DNA of 64,000 nucleotides, taken from Octopus vulgaris. Taxonomy: Eukaryota. The position numbers and the translations under genes are program-made. The stretch spans positions 15,996,001 through 16,060,000 of the forward strand of contig OX597833.1 of the NCBI GenBank assembly GCA_951406725.2, written 5' to 3'. Under the pieces are notes generated by a model. It did not search any database and was not told where the DNA came from. It worked only from the letters and a program-made list of their open reading frames with translations. Of the stretch, positions 1 through 12,356 are shown piece by piece. The stretch's first letter is position 1, and each line of letters starts with the position of its first letter.

Positions 1-159
1 TTTGCTATGCCTTTACAACCTTTGTCACCCAGTGTGACTGTTGCACCATTTCTCTGTTTCTTGTTATAAAATACGCAGTCTGCTACGATGACTCTGAAGA
101 AAAAATGGTTGATTATTAATATAGACTTAAAGACAGACATTATGAGAAAACCTGCATGT

Positions 160-465
160 GTTGTGTTGTGTTGTTGCTTTCGTTTTTTGTTCCTTCTCGA
201 GCCATGTTTGGCTCATAAGAGCCGGTTTTCCAGTTACATTGACGTATAGGTTCCCCGTCGCAGGTGAGCTGCAAGATGCAGGAAGAAAGAGTGAGAGTAA
301 GTTGTGGCGAAAGAGTCAGCAGAAGATCGCCATTACCTTCTGCCAGAGCCGCGTGGAGCTTGTGTGTTTCGCTCATAAAAACACACATCGCCCGATCTGA
401 GACTCGAAAAAACGTTCCCTCGACCGCGAGTCCGCTACTTTAACCACTAGGTCATGCGCCTCCTC
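160..465 (-). mobile_element. tRNA-derived SINE, group A (variant A1)
   Basis: Reverse strand starts ggaggcgcatgacctagtggttaaagtagcggactcgcggtcg..ttcgagtctc (A/B boxes). Same body as 957-1260 and 23811-24117. Flanked by TSD aaacctgcatgt (148-159, 466-477). Confidence 0.85.
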
Positions 466-956
466 AAACCTGCATGTAGTTATGAATATTACTACCTATA
501 ATGATGCAGCACAGACATCCAAACTATAGAATCCAATACTTGGACATGCCATATCATACACACTTCTTATACCAATCATATAGAACATACAATGCCCGTT
601 AAGAGTTAAAATGGGATGAGGGTACCCCTGGTAAATGTATAAGGCAGCCCCAAATCTCTTGGCAGACATTTCCATGGGAAAGATATACCAGAAAAACATA
701 GGTTTCAACACAAAAATGGTTTGATAGCTTCATGAAAAGTGTTGCTGTGCCTGTCTGTACCTTGGTTGTCTAATCCTGAAATCCAAAAGTTCTCCACTGA
801 AAAAAAATATCGTTATATTCAAAAGATTTTGTGAGGCTTTTAGTCTATCATAAATGGTACCCTACTGAACAAATTCCAACAGGTTTCGTTTCTGTTGGAA
901 TTAGTGGTGGGTTCTGGGGAATAGCAACTAATTTGACTGGACTATATGCATATATT

Positions 957-1260
957 GTGGAGGCACATGGCCTAGGGGTTAGAGCAGAGGACTCGCAGTC
1001 GAGGCTTCGTAGATTCGAATCTCAGACCGGGCGATGTGTGTGTTTATGAGCGAAACACCTAAACTTCACGTGCCTCCTGCAGAAGGTAAAGGCGAACTTC
1101 TGCTGACTCTTTCGCCATAACTTTCTCTCACTCTTTCCTCCTGCATCTTGCAGCTCACCTGCGACGAACCGGCGTCCCGTCCATTTGGAGAACCTATACT
1201 CCAAGGAAACCGGGAAACCGGACCTTATGAGCTAGGCGTGGCACGAGAAGGAACAAACAA
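957..1260 (+). mobile_element. tRNA-derived SINE, group A1
   Basis: gtggaggcacatggcctaggggttag...gattcgaatctc head, ending gagaaggaacaaacaa. Homologous to the copies at 160 and 23811. Confidence 0.85.
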
Positions 1261-1604
1261 TATGTACATATTACATTTATGTCCGTCATAGATTTGAGAA
1301 TTTTGAAACGTATCATATTAATCCCTCAATGTATGAAATGTCAACAAATTTAAGAGAACAAAAGGTCTCTGGCAACCCTTGAGAAACCTACATAAAATTG
1401 GCCTCTTGAGATATGCATAAATCAGCAAATTAAGAAATTAAGAGGGAATACAACTCTTGAAAAACCTATTTAAAATTGGCCTGTGTCAAAGTGTTTGTCA
1501 AGTGGACGCCTGTAATTATCAATGTCTGCTCTTGGAATTTGCTAATTGACCGAGGCGAGGCTTAAAATTCTTAGAAACTGGAGTCATCTAAATAAAAGTA
1601 GTCT

Positions 1605-1612
1605 ATCAATCA

Positions 1613-1675
<63 letters not shown>

Positions 1676-1676
1676 G
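1605..1676. repeat. (CTAT)n microsatellite
   Basis: Tetranucleotide run seen directly. Confidence 0.95.
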
Positions 1677-1719
1677 AGCTATCTATATATTCCACATATA
1701 TGAAAGTGGCCACTCCTAC

Positions 1720-1883
1720 AAGCGTAGAAGTGGGTGTGTACTAAGTAGCTTGCTTATCAAGTATATTGTTCCGGGTTCACTCCCACTGGGTGGTACCTAG
1801 GGCAAGTGTCTTCTACTATAGCCTTGGGCCAACCAAAGCCTTGTGAATGGATTTCGTAAACGGAAACTGACAGAAGCCCGTCG

Positions 1884-1953
<70 letters not shown>

Positions 1954-2101
1954 TATAAATATATGAGTGTATTTTTACCTTGTTAACAATTAACACGGAA
2001 AAATAAATAAATAAATAGTTACCAGTATCAGTGGAATTTTCGAAACATGTGTAAAAAGTAAAAATACTTGTTTAAACCTGCGCTAACTCCATTTTTTATT
2101 C

Positions 2102-2132
<31 letters not shown>

Positions 2133-2469
2133 TAAAAGGGTAAATAATTTTTTCGATGGTTTTTCCGACAACCAACAATTATTTACCGGTAGATTTCGGT
2201 ATGTAAATATGACGTTTAGAGTTCAGTATATATATATAGTATATAAGTAAAAGGGCAGGCAACAGGTTGCTCTGCCGCATACCGAAAGAATTAGAAATAG
2301 CCGTCAGAGACTGTTTATTTCCATTTTCCACAAGTGGGGGCTCCATATACGACATATAACCGTCGTATATGGAGCCCCCACTTGTGGAAAATGGAAATAA
2401 ACAGTCTCTGACTGCTATTTCTAATTCTTTCGGTATGCGGCAGAGCAACCTGTTGCCTGCCCTTTTACT

Positions 2470-2533
<64 letters not shown>

Positions 2534-2606
2534 TCCTGGGGTCAATGTGCTCAATTAAGGCGGTACTCCAGCATGGCCACAGTCTAACAAGTAAAATACG
2601 TAAAAG
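1720..2606 (+). mobile_element. Group B SINE split at its internal (TA)n by later insertions
   Basis: 5' half (..cctagggcaagtgtcttc..gaagcccgtcg) at 1720-1885. 3' half (ggggtcaatgtgctc..ccagcatggccacagtc) at 2531-2606. Confidence 0.7.
2240..2475. repeat. Near-perfect palindrome, about 114-bp arms, 8-nt loop
   Basis: 2240-2353 is the reverse complement of 2362-2475, with one visible mismatch. Loop atataacc. Confidence 0.95.
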
Positions 2607-2894
2607 ATATTTCCCTCCTCTGAATTTCGGCATGTCCTTTGATTTGTGACTGGGATTATTTGCTGGAAATATCTGCAGTGGACGCCAGTTGATGGTGTGG
2701 CTTAACATTTTCATGGCACTTCCTTTTGTGTTGATTAATGATCTCGCAGATTGAGGAACATCTCCGATATCAATTCATCAATCCCTCTGCTGTCTGAAGA
2801 ATTAAGTTAACGGAAGATGGATTCATGGACGCAATTACTGCCGAAATGAAATATTCCCTTTCCAAATTATAAGAAAATTAGAAACCAAACACCT

Positions 2895-3085
2895 TCATAA
2901 GAGATGTCTAATAATCATCTGGGATGAATGTCCGATAGCACACACGAAGTCTCTTGAAACTTTGGGTAGGAAATGGATGGAATTTAGTGAAATAAGATCG
3001 TAAATGGGAAATGTAGCAGTCATGCTATCTGAGCCTGTAAGTGACCCCAAAGGAACAAACGCAGAAATTATTTGTGCTTGAGTTC
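2895..3085 (+). mobile_element. Degenerate Helitron PIF1-type helicase fragment
   Basis: Manual translation RCLIIIWDECPIAHTKSLETL..*MGNVAVMLS..PKGTNAEIICA matches the IIWDE motif II region of RepHel helicases. Contains stops. Confidence 0.7.
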
Positions 3086-3385
3086 TTCATAGTTTAGCAA
3101 ATCAAAGATAAAACAATTCCGTCGTATTTGTAGACAGTTTGAAGATGAGGTTTGGGCCAAAACGATGACGATTTAAAGCAAACACAAATTCCGTATATGT
3201 TTATTCAATGGAGATCACGGGTAAGATCTGACAATACAATTTCTAAGCCTCAGCTTTAACACCCTATCTCACATAGTTCCTATCACAGTTTCCAATGTTC
3301 CCTTATTCATTCCAGACAATCACTGGGCATCAAACAAGAATCTCTCCGGTTCCATAATTCTTGGCAATGTTGCACAAACCTAACA

Positions 3386-3631
3386 TTATCTGTGCCAAAT
3401 CCAGAAAAAAGTCTTCTCGTAAAATGTTTTGTTCAGGTTCAAAGAGAAAAGTACTGCGGTCATTAATACCTTCAAAGCAGCTATAATAACCATGTATTTG
3501 TGTTGGCAGACATTAGCATGCAACAGACTAATCGTTAATGTCTTTCCATTTACTCCATGAACATCAAGGATGAAAGTAGGAGCTCCTTGTAGACGCCGTA
3601 AACCTTGCCCCAAATCCAGTAAAGGGAACAA
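3386..3631 (-). mobile_element. Possible decayed hAT transposase fragment
   Basis: LGQGL..GAPTF..HGV..HANVCQH..IIAA loosely resembles the GQGYDGA...HCxxH region of hAT transposases. Confidence 0.3.
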
Positions 3632-3689
3632 AACATTAGCTTCTACTTGTTACTGAGTTTTCAATTTCTTCTTACTGGGTTGTTCTTTT

Positions 3690-3836
3690 ATTCTTTTACT
3701 TTTTTCAGTCATTTGACTACGGCCATGCTGGGGCACCGCCTTTAGTCGAACAAAGCGACCCCAGAAATTATTCTATGCCGAACTGCTAAGTTACGGGAAC
3801 AAACACAGACATACAAACATATACACACACATACAT

Positions 3837-3882
<46 letters not shown>

Positions 3883-4035
3883 GACGGGATTCTTTCAGTT
3901 TTCATCTCCCAAAGCCACTCACACAGCTTTGGTGGGCCCGAGGTTATAGCAGAAAACACTTGCCCAAGGCGCCACGCAGTGGGACTGAACCCGGAACGAT
4001 GTGGCTGGTAATCAAGTTACTTACCACGCAGACAC
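3690..4035 (-). mobile_element. Group B SINE (tRNA head, CORE-like block, internal microsatellite)
   Basis: Reverse complement of the element at 28168-28612. Confidence 0.85.
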
Positions 4036-4906
4036 ACCATGCCAACAGTTGCATAATTTCTATTGCAAAATTGTTAACGTCAACGCAGCTGTTTTGATAA
4101 AAAGCAACTTTTAAAATTTTGGCGATATACGAGTTTATCCTCGAGCTTGTCGATGATGAGCGCGTTGTCAGTTTATTGGTGCAACCCACCGTATTGCCAA
4201 ACCAAGGTGAAACTTTTATGTTTTTTGCTTAAAAACTTCGACGAGGTAGTCAAATATGTACTGGAACCAAAGCTGAAATTTTGTCACAGCATTTTAACAG
4301 CATAACGAAAATTCCCGGTCCCTTGGCGGTTTGATATAAAGAAATGATTAACATCAACTTGAAAGAGACGATTCGTATTCGTAAAGCAGATCTAAACGTG
4401 TACAAGTAACACTTTTCCTTTTCCTTCTTGCCAATATTATTGACGGAAACGTCATCTATTGCATAGTACTTTTTAGACATTTGGGCGTGAGTGTAATTCG
4501 AACACAAACCAAGAATTTGTTTTCATCATTGAATTCATAAATATCACTTGAAATGTGATAACCAAGAACAGCTCTAAATTTATCAAGGCTTCTGATAAAA
4601 CTGTCCTTTTGCTTCGGATTTCTAACGGGAGAAAGAAAAGACAGGAAAGAGATGTGAAATCGATATTTTGTAGAATGAGAGCGGCTGTTTATATTAAAAG
4701 GAAAAGGAAAGCATGTTACAAAATTTGGAGATTGCCAACAGATGAGAAAGAGAACATAAAAAAGAGACAGACAGACAGACAGACAGAATGAAAACGGAAT
4801 GCCTGACTGTAGCAAAGAATTCAATATGGAGGAGTAAGAGGGAAAGAAACGTAAGACAAAGATATTCAGCGGTGACACTGCAGAAGTCATTGCAAGAAAC
4901 ATCTAT

Positions 4907-4908
<2 letters not shown>

Positions 4909-5003
<95 letters not shown>

Positions 5004-5029
5004 ACACACACACACATATACACACACAC
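4909..5029. repeat. (CA)n microsatellite (paralog at 9256-9346)
   Basis: Seen directly. Confidence 0.95.
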
Positions 5030-5373
5030 GGAAGACGGACAAACAATAGAGATAAGAAGATTTATTAAATGTCAGTGTGTGTCCCTGCGTGTGAGTGTGT
5101 GTGCCTGCGTGTGAGTGTGCGTGTGTGTGTTTGTGTGTACGTCATGTACGAAAGCCACTGTCTACTTTGAGTTTCTCTGTTGTTTATCAGGAATGCTTTC
5201 ATTATACAAGGCTAAACTTCCAGCGAACTATCAACTTCCATATATCATAAACATGTCTATCCTTTCTGCCAAATGTATTAAGTTATATACCAAACCATGA
5301 TTCTTCTATGTCAAACAGATATTTAAAAATATAGGTTACAATTCTATCACATTTATAACATTATATATATATA

Positions 5374-5871
5374 CTAGCAGTATCGCCCAGCGTTGCTCGG
5401 GTTTGTAAGGGAAATAACAATATAAGCATTTTTAGAGAGTTACTTCCCTTATAGATGCCAATTCGGGCTTTCTTAGCCATTTCTGTTTTGGTGTCTTCAA
5501 GCCATGAAGTCGTTGTTCTAAAAGAACGCTGGGGTCCTTGACAACGCTTTACGACGTTGATTTCCTTACACTCCCTTCTCCACAGCTTCACGAGGGAGGG
5601 AAGAAGGGGGAGAAGCAAACAGGTGCAGGTGTGACCATGGACGCCAACTCCGCCGCCATCGACACACGAAAAATTGTGCATTAAAATGGAATAAAAAATG
5701 ATGTTAAATTATTTTTAAAATCGTAGACTCATCGTAGATGCGCGCTAATACTCAGACGGGTTCGATATGAATCACGACTATAAGATACCCGAATTTGATT
5801 AAACTGCACCGCAAAATGTGGGAGTAGTTAGGAATCTAAATCGAAGGAGACAGACACTCACACAACTACAG

Positions 5872-5880
<9 letters not shown>
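5374..5880 (-). mobile_element. Non-autonomous Helitron
   Basis: Reverse strand ends in hairpin cccgagcaacgctggg followed by CTAG|T. Terminus shared with the copies at 11409 and 62551. Absent from the duplicated copy at about 9680. No TSD. Confidence 0.75.
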
Positions 5881-5936
<56 letters not shown>

Positions 5937-6103
5937 ATAAGGCTCAGACGCGGCTGTGTAGAACGAACCTTGGTAAGAAGTTTGTTTCTCAGCCACATGA
6001 TTCGGGTTCAGTGTCTTTTGCCATAGCCTCGGATCGACCAAAGCCTTGTGAGTGGATTTGATAGACCCAAACTGAAAGAGGCCCGTCGTATATATGTATA
6101 TAT

Positions 6104-6160
6104 ATGGTACACTTGCACTCCTCACATCTCTGATATGTATCATTTGGTGAAGTTTGCTGC

Positions 6161-6194
<34 letters not shown>

Positions 6195-6790
6195 GCTGCT
6201 GCTGCCCTCATCTGCATCGTTTCTTACCACGAGGTAGATTCATCCGAAACACTTGACAGGAGGAGATCTAGTTTTGTTTTGAACACATCCACATCACACC
6301 ATAAAAAACCCTCAGGATTTTGACGGAATATTGAAAAGTTGTGGGCCCTTGAAACCGAATCTGTTATAGCATCTGGTCCAATATCTTTATGGTGATGTTG
6401 GGATATTTGGCACACAGCAGTGGCTCCTCATTCTGCTGTGTGTTTAACTTTCAATGCCAAAGTATGGAACAAGTACATCTAGGATTTTTCAGATATACGT
6501 AACTGCATACATTTCCCGCCTTCCAAAGGGTGAGTAGGCTCTAGGATCTTCTCTCGATTGCTTCGAGTTCCAACGTAAATTTTACATTACATAATCTCCA
6601 TAGTTGGGAGCATAGTCTAAATGGTTGAGGACATATCATCTCCAGAGGACCACCATAGTTTCCTGTTCTCTCGTTCTGAATTTTCGAAGGATCCCTGCGG
6701 ATAGCCGTCTGCATTTTATTGCCAATTAAGAAATATGCACCTGGAAAGGTACTTTATTAACCAGGTTACGCATTGACTTTGATTCAAGTA
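6104..6790 (-). mobile_element. CR1-like LINE, 3' part of ORF2 (decayed), with a (GCT)n expansion
   Basis: Fragments YAVTYI*KILDVLVPYFGI..FKGPQLFNI..DVDVFKTKLDLLLSSVSDE match the C-terminus of CR1/Daphne-like RTs. Confidence 0.75.
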
Positions 6791-6804
6791 TTGTACTGTA
6801 TGTA

Positions 6805-6934
<130 letters not shown>

Positions 6935-7153
6935 GATATAGATATAAATTTGTATACATATTTATTTATATATATGTATATAAATACGCACATATACTCG
7001 TATATATACATATCTTATTTTATATCACGATGGTAATAACCTTGTAACTTTCTCTCCAAAGCTTTTCTACGATTATCGGCTACCATAAGCTATCTTACAG
7101 CAAGAATTTTCTTCCAGAAAATGCATAAAGAAACTCGTTCTATCCAAATATAT

Positions 7154-7197
<44 letters not shown>

Positions 7198-7203
<6 letters not shown>

Positions 7204-7380
7204 TATATAGAAGGAGCTTCTACAGGACTAGTACTGTTTCATTCAAGAGAAATCTTCAGGAAGATTTCTCTTGAATGAAACAGTACTAGCCTGTAAGCTC
7301 CTTCTATATAATAAATTAATTTTACTCTGCTATGTATTGAGTACCTTACTTACTGTGGTTAACCCCGAATCAACCCGGGA
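7198..7380. mobile_element. PLE-like fold-back module with truncated hammerhead, in (TA)n
   Basis: Inverted arms of about 58 bp (7198-7257 / 7260-7315). Minus strand reads CTGAAGA-tttctcttgaat-GAAAC-agtacta-GTC. Confidence 0.65.
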
Positions 7381-7382
7381 CC

Positions 7383-7484
<102 letters not shown>

Positions 7485-7745
7485 CATACATACATATATA
7501 TATACGACGGGCTTCTTTCAGTTTCCGTCAACCAAATCCACTCACAAGGCTTTGGTAGTCCCAAGGCTATAGTAGAAGACACTTGCCTGAGGTGCTGAAT
7601 TCGGAACCATGTACTTGGTAAGCAAGCTACTTACCACACAGCCACGCCATGCCAATAATTGCATAATTTCTATTGCAAAATTATTAATTTCAACGCAGCT
7701 GTATTGACAAAAACCAACTTTTTAAAATCTTGGCTATATATATCT

Positions 7746-7962
7746 GTTTCTTTATTGCCCACAAGGGGCTAAACATAGAGGGAACAAACAAGGACAGATA
7801 AACGGATTAAGTCGATTACATCGACCCCAGTACTTAATTTATCGACCACGAAAGGATGAAAGGCAAAGTCAACCTCGGCGGAATTTGAACTCAGAATGCA
7901 ACGACAGAATACCGCTAAGCATTTCGCCCGGTGTGCTAACGTTTCTGCCAGTTCGCCGCCTT
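7746..7962 (-). mobile_element. Group C SINE
   Basis: Reverse strand ggcggcgaactggcagaaacg..gagttcaaattcc..gactttgcctttcatcctttcg..aataaagaaa. Absent from copy 1 of the duplication. Confidence 0.85.
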
Positions 7963-8207
7963 GGCTATATATATATCCTCGAACTTGTTGATGAGGACTG
8001 CGTTGTCAATTTTATTTGTGCAACCCACCCTCTTGCCAAACCAAGGTGAAACTGTTATGTTTTTTGCTTAAAAACTTCGACGAGGTAGTCAAATATGTAC
8101 TGGAACCAAAGCTGAAATTTTGTCACAGCATTTTAACAGAATAACGAAAAATCCCTGTCCCTCGGCGGTTTGAGATATAGAAACTTCTTACATTAACTTG
8201 AAAGGGG

Positions 8208-8695
8208 CATCATCATCATTGTTCGACCGTGGTCGAGACAATTGAATTTACCATGCTACGCCAGACTTCACGGTCCATCATGGCATTACGGAGGTCCTGT
8301 TGCTGGATGCCTGTATCCCTGGAGATTACATCAGGGTAGGAGAGTGAGCACCCTCTGGTATTGCGAGTAGATGGCTTCCAGAGGAGAAGAGTAGAAATTA
8401 CCTCTTTTTCAGCTCTACAACAATGTCCAGCAAACTGGACTCTCTTACCTTTCACAAGAGATGACCCAGGTGGTAGTTTCCCATATATTTGTACTTTGGT
8501 TGGATGGCGCTTCCACGAGAGATTTTGAGCTCTCATAAGGAGGCGAGTGTAGGTTCCATCCAACCGCCTCTCAAGCTTCTTTGAAAACGTCTCGGTTTCT
8601 GAGCCATATAGTAGAATTGGTTCGACTGTGGCTTTGAAGATTTCAAGTTTGAAGTCTCTACTTAGATTTGATGACCAGATCTTATGCATGTCATT
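8208..8695 (-). mobile_element. 5'-truncated RTE-clade LINE 3' end with (TGA)n tail
   Basis: ORF 8216-8752 contains VEPILLYGSET..RLDGTYTRLL..QFAGHCCR..MMDREVW. Imperfect TSD acttcttacat(t/a)aacttgaa on both sides. Empty site at about 4345. Confidence 0.9.
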
Positions 8696-9253
8696 ACTTC
8701 TTACATAAACTTGAATGAGGCGAGTTGTATTCGTAAAGCAGATCGTGTGCAATTAACACTATTCCTTTTCCTTCTTGCCAATGTTATTGATGGAAACGTC
8801 ATCTATTGCATAGTACTTTTTAGACATTTGGGCGTGAGTGTAATTCAAACTCACACTAAGAATTTGTTTTCATCATTGAATTCATAAATATCACTTGAAA
8901 TGTGATAATCAAGAACAGCTCTAAATTTATCAAGGCTTCTGATAAAACTGTCCTTTTGCTTCGGATTTCTAACGGGAGAAAGAAAAGGCAGGAAAGAGAT
9001 GTGAAATCGATATTTTGTAGAATGAGAGCGGCTGTTTAGATTAAAAGGAAAAGGAAAGCATGTTACAAAATGTGGAGATTGCCAACAGATGAGAAAGAGA
9101 ACATTAGAAAGAGACAGACAGACAGACAGACAGAATGAAAACGGAATGCCTGACTGTAGCAAAGAATTCAATATGGAGCAGTAAGAGGGAAAGAAACGTA
9201 AGACAAAGGTATTCAGCGGTGACACTGCAGAAGTCATTGCAAGAAACATCTAT

Positions 9254-9334
<81 letters not shown>

Positions 9335-9676
9335 ATACACACACACGGAAGACGGACAAACAATAGAGATAAGAAGATTTATTAAATGTCAGTGTGTGTC
9401 CCTGCGTGTGAGTGCGTGTGCCTGCGTGTGAGTGTGCGTGTGTGTGTTTGTGTGTACGTCATGTACGAAAGCCACTGTCTACTTTGAGTTTCTCTGTTGT
9501 TTATCAGGAATGCTTTCATTATACAAGGCTAAACTTCCAGCGAACTATCAACTTCCATATATCATAAACATGTCTATCCTTTCTGCCAAATGTATTAAGT
9601 TATATACCAAGCCATGATTCTTCTATGTCAAACAGATATTTAAAAATATATGTTACAATTCTATCACATTTATAAC

Positions 9677-9760
<84 letters not shown>

Positions 9761-9906
9761 ACTCAGACGTGGCTGTGTAGAAAGAAGCTTGGTAAGAAGT
9801 TTGTTTCTCAGCCACATGATTCGGGTTCAGTGACTTTTGCCACAGCCTCGGGTCGACCAAAGCCTTGTGAGTGGTTTTGGTAGACCCAAGCTCAAAGAAG
9901 CCCGTC

Positions 9907-10033
<127 letters not shown>

Positions 10034-10104
10034 TAGATATATTTATATATGTATATAAATATACATATTATATATATATACATATTATATATATACATAT
10101 ATAT

Positions 10105-10600
10105 ATAATTTCAGTAAAAACAATTAAGATTCAAGTGAGTTCCAATGAATTCACATGAATGAGGTACTTAACTTAGATGCACCAGAAATCTTTATGGTAT
10201 TAACCATAAAATAATGTGGGGTGATTATTAACAAGAAAAAAGCAACAAGAATGGATTTGTTGTTCAGTACAATTGTTTTATACGAAGAACAGCTTTATTA
10301 AAAGCTGCAAATATTGCAGCAAATACAAGTGTCCCGTATTCATCAACCAAAAGAATTCGGCATGAAAAAGACCAATTCATGGTAAGCTTAAGTAATATTT
10401 TATAATTAGGGTTCAGCAGAGATTTGCTTCGCCACATACCGAAGTTTAGAAATAGCAGTCAAAAAATCTTAGCTATTCCTTCTATTTTACAAGGGGCTCC
10501 CAGAAAAACCAAAGTACTTGAAAACAATCCACGCAGGCAAAAGGGAAAAATAACGAAAATCAATCGGTATTAGGTTACCCACGTACCTAATACCGATATA
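10105..10600 (-). mobile_element. PLE-like terminal module with degenerate hammerhead, in (TA)n
   Basis: Shares blocks with 12110-12322 and 54428-54705 (gatt..atgaat..ggtactta) and with the 2240 palindrome (taccgaa..ttagaaatagc.gtca). Degenerate core at 10263-10350. Confidence 0.6.
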
Positions 10601-10611
10601 TATATATATTT

Positions 10612-11250
10612 GGTACACTTTCACTCCTCACATCTCTGATATGTATCATTTGGTGAAGTTTGCTGTTGGTGGCCTCATCTGCGTTTCTTACCGCGTGGTA
10701 AATTCATCCGGAACACTTGACAGCAGGAGATCTAGTTTTCTTTTCAAGACACCTACATCATACCATAAAAGTCTCTCAGGATTTTGACGGAATATTGAAA
10801 AGTTGTGGGCCCTCGAAACGAAATCTGTTGTAGCATCTGGTACAGTATCTTGATGGTGATGTTGGTATGTTTGGCACAAAGCAGTGGCTCCTCATTCTTC
10901 TGTTTGTGTAACTTTTAATGCCAAAATTTAGTACAAGTACATCCACTTTTTCCAGATATACGTCACTGCATACCTTTGCCGCCTTCCTTCGGGTGAGTAG
11001 GCTCTAGGAGCTTCTCTCGATTGCTTCGCATTCCAACGTTAATTTTACATTATATACTGTCCATAGTTGAGAGCATAGTCTAAATGGTTGAGGACACATG
11101 AACTCCAGAGGACCACCATGGTTTCCTGTTCTATCTCGTTCTGAATTTTCGAAGGATCCATGCGGCTAGCCGTTTGCATTTTATTGAAATGCAGCTGGAA
11201 AGGTACATCATTAACCAGGTTATGCACTGACTTTGATTCAAATATTGCAT
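10612..11250 (-). mobile_element. CR1-like LINE 3' fragment (paralog of 6104-6790)
   Basis: KRKLDLLLSSVPDE motif. Colinear with copy 1. Confidence 0.75.
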
Positions 11251-11261
11251 TGTATGTATGA

Positions 11262-11321
<60 letters not shown>

Positions 11322-11338
11322 ATGTATGTATGTATGTA

Positions 11339-11391
<53 letters not shown>

Positions 11392-11408
11392 TCGTATATA
11401 TGCATATA

Positions 11409-11792
11409 CTAGCAGTATCGCCCGGCGTTGCTCAGGTTTGTAAGGGAAATAACTATAAAGCATTTTTAGAGAGTTATAGCCCAAAAATAGCAAAAAAAAT
11501 GGGAAAAAATGATGGTAAATTTTTTTGAGAGTAAAAAAAGGTGGAGTTGCGTCCCCTACACAGTTTGCGGTTTGTGTTTCTAATTCTCGACCCCATGTCG
11601 AATTTCTCGATATTGTTCAGAACTGGGGGAACTTTTCAAAATTTTCGCTGCGTTAGTTTTGAATTATGACATTGGGCTATGTGTGTGTCAAGTTTCATCA
11701 GAATCGGTTGAAAGCCGTGGTCAGGGTGAGGGTACAAGCAAACAGACACACAGAAACACGCACAGACAAACTGCCGTTTATATAGAGAGAGA
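11409..11792 (-). mobile_element. Non-autonomous Helitron
   Basis: Reverse strand starts TCTCTCTCTATATAAACGG and ends in hairpin plus CTAG. Very similar to 62551-62918. Confidence 0.8.
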
Positions 11793-12236
11793 TTACTTTA
11801 TATCACGATGGTAATAACCTTGTAATTTGCTTTCCAAGACTTCTCTACGATTATTGGCTACCATAAGCTGTCCAAGAGCAGGAATTTTCTTCCAGAATAT
11901 GCATATGGAAAACAGTTAGTGTACGCAGAATTCAAACAAGAAATTATTATAGAAGAAGAGGGAGAGAACAGGTTTTAACCCCAATCTCACAACACTTAGA
12001 AACCAACAGCTGAGGATAATGCACAGAAACAATTATTGTGGTTTGGCTTAAAGTGTGTTTAATCCAAATATTTTGCTACATAAATGCATATAATCTATAT
12101 ATGTATAGCAAAATAATTGAGATTCAGATGAATTAGGTACTTACATTGAAGCACCAAATATTAGCGCTGTATTATCCGTACAAATTCAAAATAAGGTGAT
12201 TAAAATCAAAATAAGCAACAGGATATCCAGAGGTGG

Positions 12237-12317
12237 TGCAGTACAACCGTTTCAAGCGACTCCATTTAATTGAACAATGTAATCATTACATCAATTTATA
12301 TGCAGGGCTATCCTCAG

Positions 12318-12322
<5 letters not shown>
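12237..12322 (-). ncRNA. Type I hammerhead ribozyme motif with long stem II
   Basis: tgccg-CTGAGGA-tagc..(about 62 nt, partly self-complementary)..gctt-GAAAC-ggtt-GTA-ctgca. Lies in a module spanning about 12110-12322. Confidence 0.65.

Positions 12323-12352
<30 letters not shown>

Positions 12353-12356
<4 letters not shown>

Noticed and set aside
600-900. Possible transposase N-terminal remnant; similar weak hints at 17800-18330 and 59950-60700
   Set aside because: Similarity too fragmentary to assign without a database search.
957-1030. tRNA-like sequences at SINE heads
   Set aside because: A/B boxes run into SINE bodies and do not close a proper cloverleaf. Not tRNA genes.
12001-12043. 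CTGAGGA..GAAAC-aatt motif; also partial motifs near 2042 and 3140
   Set aside because: Stem II or the cleavage triplet is missing or mismatched. At most decayed remnants, so not called as ribozymes.
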